Shown here: positions 1 through 14,700 of the stretch, piece by piece
Position numbering within the stretch: the first letter of the stretch is position 1
Layout: every line of letters starts with the position of its first letter
Origin: Lingula anatina
Lineage: Eukaryota; Animalia; Brachiopoda
Length of the DNA: 64,000 nt
Assembly (NCBI GenBank): GCA_051362555.1
Contig: CM120641.1
Span: 8,184,001 to 8,248,000 of the forward strand
Direction: 5' to 3'
Notes under the pieces: model-generated
Told to the model about the DNA's origin: nothing
What the model saw: the letters and a program-made list of their open reading frames with translations, nothing else
Database searches by the model: none
Translations under genes and position numbers: made by a program

Positions 1-360
1 AAATTTAGAGACCGAAAAGTCCCCTACCCTTCAGTCACCCCGTATCGCGAGATGCTTGGTACTGAGCGCAGGTTGTGGAGTGCACATCGACACGTTAGAT
101 TTCAGACCGACTGAGTGCGTGACACGTATGGATTTCCACGCTAATTTTAACTAATGGAGTACGCACGTGCTTCTATTTTCAAGCAGTTTAATAGTTAAGT
201 ATCAAAGATATGCACTGTAAATGTTTAATACTCAATTATTAAAGGTTAATCCCCATTGAACTATCTTTAAAAAGATGTATGCGTGATGGCTTTTACGTTA
301 CCCATTGATTTTTGTTTATTTCTGTGCGTTAAGAATTAAGTCGATCTCTGCTCCTGACCG

Positions 361-386
361 TCTCTCTCTCTCTCTCTCTCTCTCTC
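361..386. repeat. (TC)n microsatellite
   Basis: Seen directly. Confidence 0.95.
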
Positions 387-3300
387 AACACAATGGGCTA
401 GGCAACAACAAGTTATCGCACAAAACGCTGTGGACCCTACTTCCTATCAAGGACGCGCGGAAGTTTTCAATCTAAAATGGGATATAACCATTTCTCTTCT
501 GTGCTCTTCCCTAGTCAAAACCAAGAGAAACCCCAGTCAGTTTCACAGCATTTTCTCCGTTACCCAGATTAATTTGTATCGTATCTGCATTTCTTTTCTT
601 TCTAAAGAACAGCAAATTGGGAAAATTCCCTAGAGCATGAATTAGCACTAATACTGAATTCTGGAAGAACAAAATCGAAAAACACATAGACTATGATATC
701 CCACTGAGAGATGTTCGGAGGAGGCACTTTAAGATAACGCCATATAAATGGCTTGTAGTATATTTGGTAAAATTGAATGTGACGTGTCTGATTATTTTAG
801 GATACATGTGAAATGACACTCTTGTCTTGGGGCTAAGTCTCCTTTAAACTTTGTAAAATAAGAATGAACTCGAGCAAAAAGATAACTACAAGCATCAGGT
901 GATTGATACATGGAGTCGAGCAAACTTGGTCGGATTCAGAATACTGCGCTACACTTCCCTTATAACATGCCTTTGCAGTGTATTTTTGATGAATTCGTCA
1001 AAATAGAAATCCAGACATTTGGTAATATGCAGGAACGGTCCAAGAAAAACAAAGTCTACAGAAAAATTTGTAAAACGAATAGTGCCTATGTCAGGACGGA
1101 TTAATATCGTAAAAGAAATTTTTCAAAAGAATTCGAAAAAAAAGAAAGAAAGAAACATCGTTAGCTGGTTAATTATGTGAACGCACTGATGATATATTAT
1201 ATTGCATTTCAATAATATTTGACATAGTTGATGAAAATTGCAAGAGGGAGCCATCCTCTGTCAACCTGAACACGGTAGTGCAAGACAGCGATGGCACTGT
1301 ACAAAATAACCCTAACTAAACAAAACCATGCGATTGTAGCGCTAGTATTTGCACTTGAATAAGGTTTCAATATCAGAAAAACATTTTTCGCCTAAACAAC
1401 TGCTTTATAGTTAACGTATTCTACTGTTGACTGCACCAAAGCCTGTAGTAAACGGTGGTGTAAGAGCCTGCTGGGTAACTATGCGCCCTCGCTCATAATT
1501 TTGCACCGAGATACAACCGTGATAAGAGGGTTACAATCGTTCTTGTTTTGAAACACAACAAACACGTAACTGAAACCGTAGACCAGTGAGCGCATCTTGA
1601 CTAAGTTGTAAAATACAGCTTCTTCAATACAGTTTCATTTCTTTTTTTCGAACAATTGTTCGAACGATTACTACAATCCGGGATGATTTAAATGGGCGAG
1701 TGTGTGCCCCGTCTGGAATCGTGCACTGAGCAACATTTTTGCATGTTGGCTTTGCAAAGAAAAACTAGCTATGTGAAACCCGGTTTGCATTGGTATGTTT
1801 TACTTTCAGAGGTTATGTGAGTCTCCAGTGAAAATTGTTTAAACGCCTTGGTGAACAATAATGCATAAAACGTTTTATGCATGTATTCAACTTGTGGCGC
1901 TGCAAACCTATGGCAAATCCATTGGCTTGTTGAGTGTGGTTGAAAAACATTACAAACAGAATTGATAAGATACTGAAATAACGTATACTGTCTCATGCAT
2001 GATTGAGGTTGATTAACTGAAGATTTAACAGACTTTTAAGTTAATGCTCATGTGAATGAATGACAGCTTTTTCAGATACAAACATATTCTTTAAACCAAA
2101 AGCAATTTCCACACCCCAGTTTTGAAAACATGAGAAAGCAGAAATCAAGTATTTCGAATATGCCATTGGCTATAAAATTATGCATTAGTCTGAACCCTTA
2201 AGACAAGAGAATGGTATGAGCAGGAATTAACTCGGTTGCATATCTTAAAATAGATTCCTCATAAAGTGCTTATTCTAAAATCATAAATAATATACATGTA
2301 CTCACCGTCTAACGTAATCAATAAGGATTCGGTTCTCTCTTGGTTATGGTGGTGTTTCTTTTATCAGCCGGAGTTGGGAGGACATTGCAATGCCGAAGGT
2401 TTCTCGGAAGCCACCTTTTATCTCTCTTGTAACTTGTTGTTTTTCTTACTTCTGATGACTAACCGCTGTTTGTGAGTACGGTAAGCATGTTCTTGTCCGC
2501 AAAGCGAAACTCCTAATGTCCCCAATGCAAAATGCAGCTTAACAGATAGTCCGAGAATCGACAAAAATCGATTTCATTCAGACACAAGTCGTTCTAGAAA
2601 TCCTCAAGATAATAAAATTCAATGTCCTTATGTCTGAAGATGCAGACGGTTGTACTTGTGATGGTAGTTAGTCTCAGTACTTTCATGGAAGTAGAGGCAA
2701 GCGATGCGTGCACGAAAATTTAAAGAAAACGCTTTGGAAAGTCAACCACAAGAATGCTGTTGGTTTTTGGCAGTAGGCAACATGGAGGGTGCGATCTGCT
2801 CTCTTAATAAGATGATTGGCCGATACTTCTCCACTAAGACATTTAAGATGATTTTCCTCTCAGTGTGTAGACTCCGTGAAACGCAGACGTTGGGAATATG
2901 AGTGTACACAAACGCATAGACGAGCAAGAACACTGGAACGCCGCCCGCTAGTCACTTGCCAGCGTCCTCGCGTGGAATCACTTATATATCCAAACAAACT
3001 GGAATCAATATTTTTTGTTTAAGTGCAAATTTACAACCGATTCATCATTTGTTTGATGATTGGCAGGTGGTGAAACCTGTTAAACTCCCTCCCATCTCTA
3101 AAATAAAAAAGAGAAAAAAATTTGCTGATGACTGACATTTGGGAAATCACTCAAAAGAGCGTCTGTGCAATATTCATGGTAGTTTAGTAACATGTTTATT
3201 TTGTAGAAAATGTCATTGGTTGTTTGATTTCTGATTATTTTCAGGAGGCATTATTTTCGTATCACTCTCCTCCTCCGTCATTTTGTCACCCCTCCACACG

Positions 3301-6300
3301 AGTTTGATTGGTCACTTTTACACACGTGACCAGTCAGTTTGACACGCACTTCACGTTTACTAATTGCATTTTATCGAATGTCTCCAGGCCTATGTCGGAA
3401 TTTACTCGCCGTGGGGCATCTGGGTACATACACATGTTTCTTTTACATTTTAAATTGGACATTCAACACTTTTCATTTTCCGAGTTAATTAGAACAGTTC
3501 ATTAGGACTCAAATCATCAATATATGTGTAACTGATTTTAATTTGTAATTAATTCGACCAATTAAATCAACGAAGCCCCTGGGGTTTTACGTAATACAGT
3601 CCCAGGGCGCCAAAAGTTTATTAATCCGTGAGTATAAAAAACTGAGCTGACCGTATGTCACTTTATCAGAAATCGGGAAACATCGTGTGTGTTTTGATGT
3701 AATACCCAATGAAGCGTACTCTCTTTCAATAAGCTGATTATTGCTCATCATCACTAGAGGTTTGAAATCAATAATAGATTATGATATGTAATTCTTACTC
3801 ATAGTGTTCAAAAGGCGCCATCTAAAGACTCTGCTAATTAACTCTGAATCGGCAATGACAAATGTTTGAAGACATCTGACATGCACCTGAACTATGACTA
3901 AATTGTTGTTGTCTGTATTCATACGGGCATAATGTCATTACATATAAGAAAACATTGCCGATTCCTTTGAAAAGTTCATTAGTGCAGAGACGACATCAAA
4001 ACAATCCCAACGAATCAGTTACCAGAGCTTAGAGAAAAAATTGCTGAAATTTCAAATAAAAAATGATTCAGGAATGAATCAAAGGCAAATAAAAAGTAAA
4101 ACAGCAAGTGTTTGGGAAGCAAGGGTGTATTGTGCGTAAATGATTTGCAGAGGTAAGAATGTTGGAAGTCTTTTTAAAGAAAACTGCTATTAATCTTTTA
4201 AAGCATGAAGCAATTTTTCCTTCACCTATTGAAAAAGGTGTTTGTGAAAACCTTGAGCGTGAAAAAATTATTAAAATAGGTCGAAAGGAGTAAAATATAA
4301 AAATACTCACAAGTCAAAGTCGTTCTATCACCCTGAGAGCACTGACGGTGACGCACCAGAATGAGCTCTACGTGCATGCATGTGTAGGTAAACTGACCAG
4401 AGGTGAAACTCACGATGCTCAGGATAACCCCTGTGCTAGCCACTCCTGCCTTTGTAATTGCCCTTATACATCCAAACCATTACACCTCAAACCGACAGAA
4501 GAGCAGTACGCATTTTCCTCTACCCATCTTCTGCCTGTAAACTGGTCTGACTGTGGCAAATTGGCCAAGAAATCAAATAAGAGCCAGGTATAAAAACAAA
4601 AGATGGTGCAAATGTTATGTTTTAACTTAACTGTGTCCCGCCGTATATTACCACATAGTAAGCAGTCTAGTGCGAACTGACCCCCACTTTGTCTTAAACA
4701 ATGGAAATCTTAGGTGTTTCTAAATATTTGGGTTGTGCAGAAGCGAGTGATGGATTAACCTCTGCAGGTTTTTTATTATGTTATAAGAAGTGGATTAATG
4801 ATATCAATGGTTGACTGTCAGTCAAATACTGACAGGTTGAAACAATCGCTGGCATTTTATTGCCTCTGCTAACGACATGCATACCACTGAGTTTTCCTTG
4901 CCAACTTTCAGAATAGCAGCAAAAGCAGCAGTAATACAAAACTGTTGAAATTTGCCATAACAAGTATCAGTCAAAGCGCACTAGGCTCAAGTTGCCTGTC
5001 ATAATGCAACACTGACAAATTCTTTAAAATTGGTTTATTTAATGCAAATGTGGTTGCTCTCCAAAATCGCGTTCAAATGGGTTTTAGGGAAAAATCGACC
5101 TAATAACCCTCGCTTTGCAAACTCTCTATTGTAGAAGCATAATGAGCAGTGATTATAAAGGAGAACTTGCAATATGAAATCTATTTCCTGATCTTAGGAC
5201 TGGAACGACTTTTGCTAAAACCACTCAGAACGGGGATTCGGTCTACGCAACGTGTCACATAAGTTATTTGACAAACTTTAGGAATTTGGAAAAGAAACTG
5301 TACTTTTTACTATTTCCTCCAAGGAGTAACCTGATATGCTAAGAATGTTCAGCTCTAACCTGTCAAAATCAGGTGTGTCGATTTTTTATATTAAATATAT
5401 ATTTACCTGATCGAACTGGAATGCGTACGATGGGACAACCACTAGGGTGCCCTAATGTACAGTGTTTCATGTAGAATTCCCTTACAGACTCAATCAAAGT
5501 ATCTAACCTTTCCGAGCACTAAAAATCACTGTATTGTCCAATATTTTTCATCTTACGCGCATCACATTCTTGTACGGGCGCCTTCACTCGGTTTTTAATA
5601 AAACAAAACTCTAGAACTTTCTGGACGCTTTAATGATTTTAACTGTTAAAATTGTTTTATCATTAACAGTTCACATCAGCACTATAGACCCTCTCCTTTT
5701 GACATTGAAAACCGAGTATCGATTCATTTAGAAAACATGAGACAGTAATTCTCAGCTCGAGTCCTCTTTGAACGGAGATGAAGAACGCAGTCGATAAGTG
5801 TCGCGAGTTTCGATAAAATTTCTCTGGGTATAGATTTTTTTGATCGACATATCTCTCTTATTTCTTTCGTCTAAATGACCCTCGTGGCGAACCAAATGAA
5901 ACTGATTTTTTGTGCACACGAAAGTATTTTAAGCATTCGCCCTTCGTTTTATTTCTAATTCTGTACAAACCAGATAAAACCCGAGAGTTAAAACTACCCG
6001 AAGCACCACGCGGAGGCAAGATCAAAATTTGTTAACCGGCCAAGTTTCTGCGAGCCGAGGAATGTAGCAAAACTGTGTAGCAAATATAGATATTCGGTCG
6101 CTCCGTGCACAGTATGGTTAGCTTCCGCGCACACCTCAAAGTGGCCGGATATAGAGAACAGACAATAAAAACACTAACAAATGAAAATATCTGTGTTAAA
6201 GAATGAGTGGCACGTGGACTACCATAACAACAGCTGTTTCTATATGTAGTGGATTGATTAACCACTGGCCGTCTAAAACAAACTTAGCTGTAATATGTAA

Positions 6301-8582
6301 TACAAAATTGTAAAAATACTCAGGCGTCTACACACAACGTGAACAAACCTGGACCTCAAATGTTTGTTTCTGTTTCTTTTAATGACGTTGATTTCAACTT
6401 CCGCCTTGGATTTGTGTATTAACAATAAACCAGTTAGTATCTCAATACAAAAATGAAGGGTTTCAATCCATTAATCTTAAATTACAATTCACAATTTGGA
6501 AAATGTGTAACATGATAAATAATCAATACAGATTATCGGCATGTTATGTAATTCGTCCTAAGTTTAGGAAAGTGGACGAACAAAAAGACCGCAGATTATG
6601 ATTCCAATTGATAAGAAATAGTTGAAAAGTTTTTGAAAGATATGCGAGATATTGATAATAAAGGGGTAAATATACTCAAGAAGGAAAGGGATTATGATCA
6701 AGAACATAAAAAAGAAAACGAAAAATCTCAGAATTACGTCAACTTTGTAACTCCAAAACAAACTGCTAGCAATCAGTGTTATTTTTCCCTGTGCAATACA
6801 TGCTGTTCAGACATGCAAGAATATAGCCATCTGTTCCATCAATTAAAATTAAAAAGTAAAAACTGTAAACGTTGTTTTAATAGTTTGTTTTTTAATCAAA
6901 ATTAGTGAGACTTAATTCTCATCAAAAAATGTACATGTATATGCATGTATTACATTTTCTTGGCCTAACATAAAAGGATACTTCACCAGATTCTTGGGGC
7001 GTTACGTGGAGGCATGTCCAGATTGAAGCATTGAGTACAACAGCTGGCTGGTCGACACGAGCGCTCCGTTGAAGTTAATTTTTTGATTATCCGTCTGGAA
7101 TTTGGTTCAGTTTTGAACGTCAATTGTAGAAATCTGTGTGTAATTCGTAAACTAGTCTTGGACAGAATACCGGGTTTTATTTGCTTTGAAGGCAGTGGTT
7201 GATTGAATTCATATAGTTTCTGATATTACAGGTTAAATATGATAGAAATATGCAGTTTGGTTATTGATATTCGTAAACCTGCCTGTAATTTAGATCCAAT
7301 AGTTGTCAAAAGGTAAATTTTTGAATTAATATCTATTTAAAAACTAGTCTCATGTAGATACCAATTTTGAGGCACCATTGGTAAACATCGTACAAAAATT
7401 CAGTCCTCAATCTAACGGATTATCATTATTATTTGAAAATAATTATGTGGCATTTAATTATCAAATATTCAATGCCTGCAAAAGGCGTACCAAAAGACGT
7501 GGATGATTGAAATTTGAGTTGAAGTCCTAGTCATGCTACTGCTGATAGATCGGACCTCATTTCTGCATATTTTATTTCGGCAAAGTATAGGTCTCCCATG
7601 TGGGGAGAAGACATAATGAACGCAACGTCACAGGTTCTTCATCCGATACTCGGTCTGATTGCAACAATTACTATGAATATGGCCAGAATGTGCTAGAGAA
7701 GAATGTATAGACGCATTATCGTGTGATGTAGGTCTCAACCTGGTTGTGACAATCTGTACTAAACAGTCACATAGAAGTTGAGACATAAATAACATTTTCA
7801 TATAACGTAAAGAAATAATTCATAAGCTCAGGGTTGCCAGCTATACGCATTCGTGAACGCGAATTCTTTTCATTCTCTGGATTATTTCTTTATTGTGCCA
7901 CCAGTGTTGTTTTTTTATTTATGTGTAAAAACAGTAAATATCTGCATTTGTAGTAGGCCTACAGTAATGTTGTCATTCCTGGTAGTCATGCAGTTAGCCC
8001 AATTAACTTTATTCAATTAATTATTATTATTATTTTGCACTGGCAGTGTATGCGAGTATTAGGGAAGGGGAGGGGAGAGGGGTTTGGCTTTCGTGAGTTC
8101 ACGTAGATCCTAACACTTAAAATTGGATTTTTTCATTAGGCCTAGATATTTTACTCTACTTATTACTCTGCTTCATGGACTCGTGTGAATGTACATGTGC
8201 AAATACATCAGTTCTGTCACCAGATAGATGGGGTTGTACTAAGTTGTAGGCCCTATACTAGAAGGGCCGATAGTGGTCACATTCGCCTGTCAGAAAAGTA
8301 ATATTCACATGATATTATTTTATATTTGGTGACAGCAGGCTTCAAATGTGAAAAAAGAATAGATCCAAATTGTATTTGTAAACAATTTCTGATGTAGATA
8401 AAAAAAAAAGATAAAAAAAACCCCGTAAGCAATCAAATTTTAAATATTTCATATTGACTGAGTGTATACATGCCTCTTCTGATGACATATGTGACTTTAA
8501 TGCAATAACTACATCTTTAGGTCCTTTTTCTGTGCGGGGAAGGAAGACTGGCCATTTGTGTCGATATTCCATTATTAAAGTA

Positions 8583-8698
8583 CAGTGGCGGATTCAGAGG
8601 GGAGAGGGGGGGGGGTCAGGGGGGTCCTGAGTGGTCAGGAGTGTCGGCTTCGCATCCGCGGACCCCACCCCCTTCAAATAATCCTGGATCTGCCCCTG
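8583..8698. mobile_element. Short CAG-ended MITE
   Basis: TIRs CAGTGGCGGATTCAG / CTGGATCTGCCCCTG (12/15); flanks AAGTA / GAGTA. Confidence 0.7.
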
Positions 8699-9319
8699 GA
8701 GTAAAATAAAGGATTCTTGATATCAACAAATAAACTGAGGACGATTGTACCAGTATTGTAAGTCTCACACACTTGCCTTCGCCATGACATTGTCGTCGAC
8801 CTACAACATACAGTGGTCGTAAACCTTATTTGTGCACTCTCTGATCTCCAAATTTACTTCATAACTCTTACGAAATACGTTCTATAGACGTAAAGTACCC
8901 GGCAAATCCGTTTTGTAACATTATTAGATTACATGTACCAATCAACCTTGCTATTTAAGAGAGTAAAAATTACGCTAGAAAATTATAGATGAATTAAACC
9001 ATATGTTACACTGATGTTGCAGTTAATTCCGGATGAAAAACCGGTGTATACTCCGAGGTACATAAAATAAAACAAACGTTTTTATATAGCAGCCGTTTAT
9101 TTATTTGCATGCATATTTAAATTATCCTGAAAGAAAAATGTTTAAGATTACATAATTTTTAAAAGATTTAATCCAAGATTCACAACTGTTTCAAATCATC
9201 TGTTCACGGGAGAGTAATGCTGGAGGGTCCATACATTTATGTATAAATGTTATGATGATTTATTATTTCCCCTCTTCTGCTTACTACTGGCTGCGCATAT
9301 ATTGGTGCAGGTCATTGCT

Positions 9320-9541
9320 TCTAAACAAAGCCACGTGCGTTTAACCGGGCGCAGACATATTGTAAACAACAACAGAAAAGCCCCGGATGATTCACGATAT
9401 TATACCAAGATGGCGCGCTACGCAGGAAGTGCTGTAGGTGCACAAAGCCGAATTTAAATTTGGGTTTTTGTAGCACAAAAAAGAGCGTAGGTTCGACAGG
9501 AACCTAAGGAGATTTTCTTTCGGTGTGAGAAGTCATTGAAG
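9320..9541 (+). promoter_or_regulatory. CpG-rich promoter/5' UTR of the CDK14-like gene with YY1-like and ETS-like motifs
   Basis: CAAGATGGCG (YY1 consensus) at 9406-9415 and CAGGAAGT (ETS) at 9423-9430, about 110-135 nt upstream of the ATG; no TATA box seen. Confidence 0.55.
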
Positions 9542-9587
9542 ATGGAGTCTGATCCTGCTATACCAGGTTCAGTCATGATGAGAGAGG
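9542..9587 (+). CDS. CDK14: CDK14-like coding exon 1 ([15 protein letters not shown])
   Basis: ATG in good context (aagATGg) downstream of a CpG-rich promoter; donor G|gtaagt in phase 1, matching exon 2. Confidence 0.7.
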
Positions 9588-11733
9588 GTAAGTGGTGGTC
9601 GGTAGTTAACGTTAGCCAGTGGCGATCTGACTGACCAGAGCCCAGAGGGATTACAGGTTGTTGTGACCTACTCTCTGTCACTGGCTACCCTTGTTGTGAT
9701 CTTTCCTCCTTCAAAATGCTCTCATTCTTTAATATTTGAGAGGGCTCGTGGCTGTTTTTGCAATCTGAGATTGTATCTTTTGTTTTAAGGCGTACACATT
9801 AACTTAATTTGAATGAATTTTCACACAGACGCCCGAATCCTAACACGCAGTGAGTTTGATTATGCCTTTTGTAAACAATTGTGATTACTCAATGTGTCCA
9901 CCGAGAAACATGTTTGTCTGCTTCTCTAAGGGTTAAAATGCATACAGTGGAAAAATAAAAACTGTGTACGATACCAACAAAAGTCTCCCTTAATGTATCT
10001 GAAATATTAATGTTGATATTAATTTTGATATGCTAAGCCACATAGATACACTGAATGGGTTAACGATATGTAGTCCTACAAGAGTAACATTTAAATTGTG
10101 TTATCAACCAACTGTAACCAGACATCGGGTTATTTTCTTTATCAGTTATTAGTTTAACGACCCTGGCTGCATTAATTATTAAGGAAGTCTTGCACAGTTA
10201 TTTTTTAAGGAAGTATTTTCTTTACAAAATACACGGTTGTAATTAAAATCTGTGGAAAATGTGATACATATTTTCAGTTATGTTAAACTTTTTAATATCA
10301 GAATTTAGGAAAGTGAAATATATTAATTATAAATAAAGAGATATCATATCTACCTTTTCACCTTCATTATCTGTTAGCCTGACCCATTATCAATATATTT
10401 AATGTGTACCTTACTCATTTATCATCATGATAATTATATCTTTAAAATTTACATCTGTTCTAAAAGTATTCACTGGACTGTGTTGAAACAGATCTATATT
10501 ATATCATATTAGATATATGAAATAACCAACTTTCATATAGATTGTAAATGATATAATATATATTATGTTGTACAATATAAGTGGAATTTTAATTGTGATA
10601 TTGCTGTACAACCCAGAATTATACACAGTCAATTTTATATTTGACCTGAGGAGTGTTCCCCAGCAGTGCTTGTGTTTAGGAATGAAAAAGAGAAGAAAAC
10701 TACGTTGTATAGCAGCGGTGCCATGTACATGGGGTAGAAAGCTCCTTAGTATTGACAAGTGTGATGATGTAGTACTTCTTTTACTAGCCTGCTGAAAATA
10801 ACACAAACGTCAAGTTACATTAAGTTCATTGCTTGAAGGCCTAAGGTAACTCATTTGGCAATGAAAGGGCTCAAGCATTTCTGATATGCCAGATGCTCAC
10901 ACCTCACAGTTATTTGCCAGAGAAGAAAAGAACCAAAGTTGGGGAAGGCCATATGTGGTGTATAATCATCATCATCATGAATGGTTGGTTCAGATGTGAA
11001 AACCACATGCAATACTGGAATAGATTTTGCTCTTCTGAATAAGGAGAGGCATTGATTTTGAGGAATCTAGAGGAAATTATCAAGTCGTAATATGTTTGAA
11101 ACATTTCACAGACTGGGTAGTGTTGAGTACTGTCAGCATAAAGAAGTCAGTAAAATGCTGCAGATGATTGAACTGAAAATTAAAAAAAAATGTCAGTTAA
11201 TCGTCATTTTATTTCAAAATAGTGATGTGGCTAATTTTTTATAGCTACATAGTTTCATAGTGAAAATTCAATTCTAGTACGTACTTGCAGAGAGAGGCCA
11301 AGTTTGTCGACCTATCAACATATGCAGGCGCATGAACAGGTGTGCGTGGGTACCCCTATCCCCAACTCACCTACATATTATTACTGGTGAATTTATACAA
11401 TCCTCTATGAAAGAATAATAAAGCCTCGATATTTGGTGTTCATTTCAAAAGTTCACAAAGGTGACCCCTTTGCAACCTTATGCCCAATTCTTTTCACATT
11501 GGGTCATGAAGGGTTAGAAATCTGTGAGTGATATTGGCAATGAAAGACTGTATTTTCATTTTGTTAGTGGTCTGGACTATATTCTTATTTTATTAGATAA
11601 CTATTTTAACTAGCACTACAGTAATTTATTTTTGCCATAAGCAGGTTTCTGGTATTGGTGTTGTTAAATAAAATTCAGACCATTTACACGTGCACACTGT
11701 TTGATTTACCCCCCCCCCCCCCCACCACCACCA

Positions 11734-11790
<57 letters not shown>

Positions 11791-14700
11791 CTCATAAAAA
11801 AGCAGAAATTGAAAAGTTCTACTACATATCAGTTGGCTTATAGAATGAAAATTTTCTTGTAAAGGAATTTTTCTCCCTTGAGGACCATATTGAGCTTGTT
11901 TGTGGAATTTCAATACCAATGAAGGGCCATCATGGACTTACTATATGTAGTTTTTTTTTTAAATCAATGGTATTATGTAGACATTGGATGTTTGTTCAAC
12001 TTCTCTGAATATATTTCATTTAATCATCAATTTGAATAAGTTGATATAACATGCAAGTGACTATTATTGTTATTGGAACGTTGTTGCTTGCATTGGAATT
12101 TGACATGCATGTAGATTTTTATGTTTGTAGAATGTCAACAAATCAAAGCACTGTGAAATTTTTACTTGTGATAAAAATGTACTGAAATAGAACAAGCTCT
12201 TAGTATCATGTAAAAACCTTAAGAAAAAGGGTTATTTGAGAGTATGATCATTTCCTTTTTTCACACATCCTCATTTCCCATGAAAGAAAAAGGGAAATAT
12301 TGAGATATAGTTTGCTGTGTTGGAGAAATTATGTTATGGGTAAGAAAATAAAGGGGGATATCCCTTTGTTTTTTTTTTATTTAACTAAGATTGCCATTCC
12401 AGTGAGTCAGTGATGCAATTCCGCTGAATGCCAATTTAATTCTCATTTTATAAAAACATGAATATTTAATTAATTAATTTATTTTTGCTTTATACATGTG
12501 TACATAAATTGCGTTTGTGTCTTTATGAGATGCATTATTATTTACATCACCGAGTTCTGACTGGAATTGATAACACCTACAGAGACACCTAAATCTTCAT
12601 GTTTTGTCCATACAGCCTCTCACCATTGGCATACTTGTTATTTTGATGCTAAACAAGAATTATCTTGAATTAATTACCAAATCAAAGTCAGTCTCAATGT
12701 TTTTGTGCCCTATGGTATATTGTTGCAATACAGTTTACTCACAGTCAGAATACACAGTCTGCTTGTTTTTCAAAAGTATTTGACATTTAATAATATTATC
12801 TTTTTATGGTATGTAATAATATTCCTAATTTTTTTATAGCAAGACACATTGTTGAATTAAAACATCATCCTTAACAAATACATGTATTTATGTGTGGAAA
12901 ATGTGAACATGATGGAGCTAATCTGGATTGATCCAGTTTTCACTATGTAAACCTGCCTTGAAGATATTTTTTGCTATTTGATGGAATGTAGCCCTCTATT
13001 TCATGATTTTATAAATGTTGTAGCTGTATAAATATGTCATAGTTACAGTAACTGGTTATTTACTCATCTGTGCTATTCTATCAGTGAAACTTATGACTTT
13101 TGAATGTGTCATTTGACAAATCGAGTTCCTGCTAATAACGTTTTAATATAAGTTTCTCTTCAGAGCTCTGTTATGTTTTCAGGATAAAGGAAAGAAGAAA
13201 AGGAAAACACATCTGGTACTCTGGCTCAAAAATGAAATGATATTTAAACATGAGTACTCCTTCATGGCTGCTGTTTTTTTTTTTTGATCTTCTCCACCAA
13301 TAAACTCAACACATATTTTGATTAGACATAGAGTGTATGTGTATAGGGAGTGGCATTATTAGTGCCTTTTAAGCATGGTTTACATTCTACATTTAAGTCT
13401 TGTGCTTGATAACACATCATTATGCAACTTAGTAATACTAATTCCCCACCTGAGGTTAATCAGTATATGGCAGATGGCACTGATAAGCACTAATTGATAG
13501 TAATAACAAAAGAAAAAAAGAGGTCTGGCGTCTGGGGTTATAAACCTTGCCACATCATTTTATGAGCTAATCTTTTTGTTATTTTCAGTGCGTGATAAGC
13601 CAGCAAGTAGACTGAAGAAACTGAAGAGGAGAATCTCTGCAAGTTTTGGAAGACTTGGTAAGGGTTAAAGTGCTTTTGGACCAGTAGTTAATAAAAAAAA
13701 ATTCACTTTTGCTTGAAGTAGTTAATACATTTTCTTTAACTTAACAGTAACTGAAGTCTCTGTTCACATCCCAATACTAGCTTATTCTTTGCAGTTTCTC
13801 TCCCAGTAGATGGCACAGCATTTGTGTTGTTAATGGTTTCAACAATGGATGATGATAGAAACCACGGTTTGTTCAGGCCCGTAGCCAGCAATTTCAAAAG
13901 GGGGGGTCTTTTTCCAAAAAAAAAAAGTGGACCTTTTACAATGAAACCTTTGTGTACCTAGCTCAGATTTTACCCAGAATGGACCTTTTCTTGACCAAAA
14001 GGATGGTTCTTTCGAACCCCCCAGAACCCCCCTGGCTACAGACCTGTTGTTCATCATTTACTTATTCTCTTTTAAACAAACAACTGCAAACAAATCACTC
14101 TGTTGCCCATACCACCCTCTCTCTACACACACACGCACGCACACACGCACGCACGCACACACACACACACAGTTTTAGAGTCGGCTTGTAAGCAACTCAA
14201 CAGCAATTTTTAGACAGAGTCAAAACATTGAGAACCTAGGCTCAAGCTGAAAAAAAAAAAAGTTAAAAATAAAAAAGCTAATTTTTGTTAATTATAGAGG
14301 GATCTTGATTGAAAATAAGTCAATTGTTTAAAATTAAAAAAAAATCTTACGTGACCTCAGAGAACTTTCAGCCTTTTTTATATAGAGAAATATTTGTGTA
14401 CAGAAGAGGAATCCTGTATGTTGTATATTCTCAGCCATTGATATAGCCCTTATGAATTTGTGGCCTTGTCTTAATGCTAACTTGAAATCAATTCATAGGC
14501 TATCAGAGATATCATCTGCATGTAGAAAATCAAACTTTTGGTCATAAAATGTCTCCGCAGGGATGGGAGCAAGTGAATTACTGTGTTTAACTCCATTTGT
14601 TGCCAAGGTTTCAAAGATGGCGTCATTGAGGTAAATTAGTGTCCCCTTTGGGTTATTGGCTGGGGACACAAACAATATTTGAGTTTGAATCAAAATTTTT

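Noticed and set aside
4222-4443. Minus-strand ORF with a GTGAGT donor near 4310
   Set aside because: No acceptor or ATG start, no recognisable homology, and no partner exons.
11626-11919. ORFs with VCVC/THTH runs (also 13952-14191 and 21277-21483)
   Set aside because: Translations of (CA)n microsatellites.
13164-13215. Exon-like segment in intron 1 (acceptors at 13163 and 13182)
   Set aside because: Weak donor (GTACTC); inclusion would give an immediate stop or a frameshift, and exons 1 and 2 join cleanly without it.
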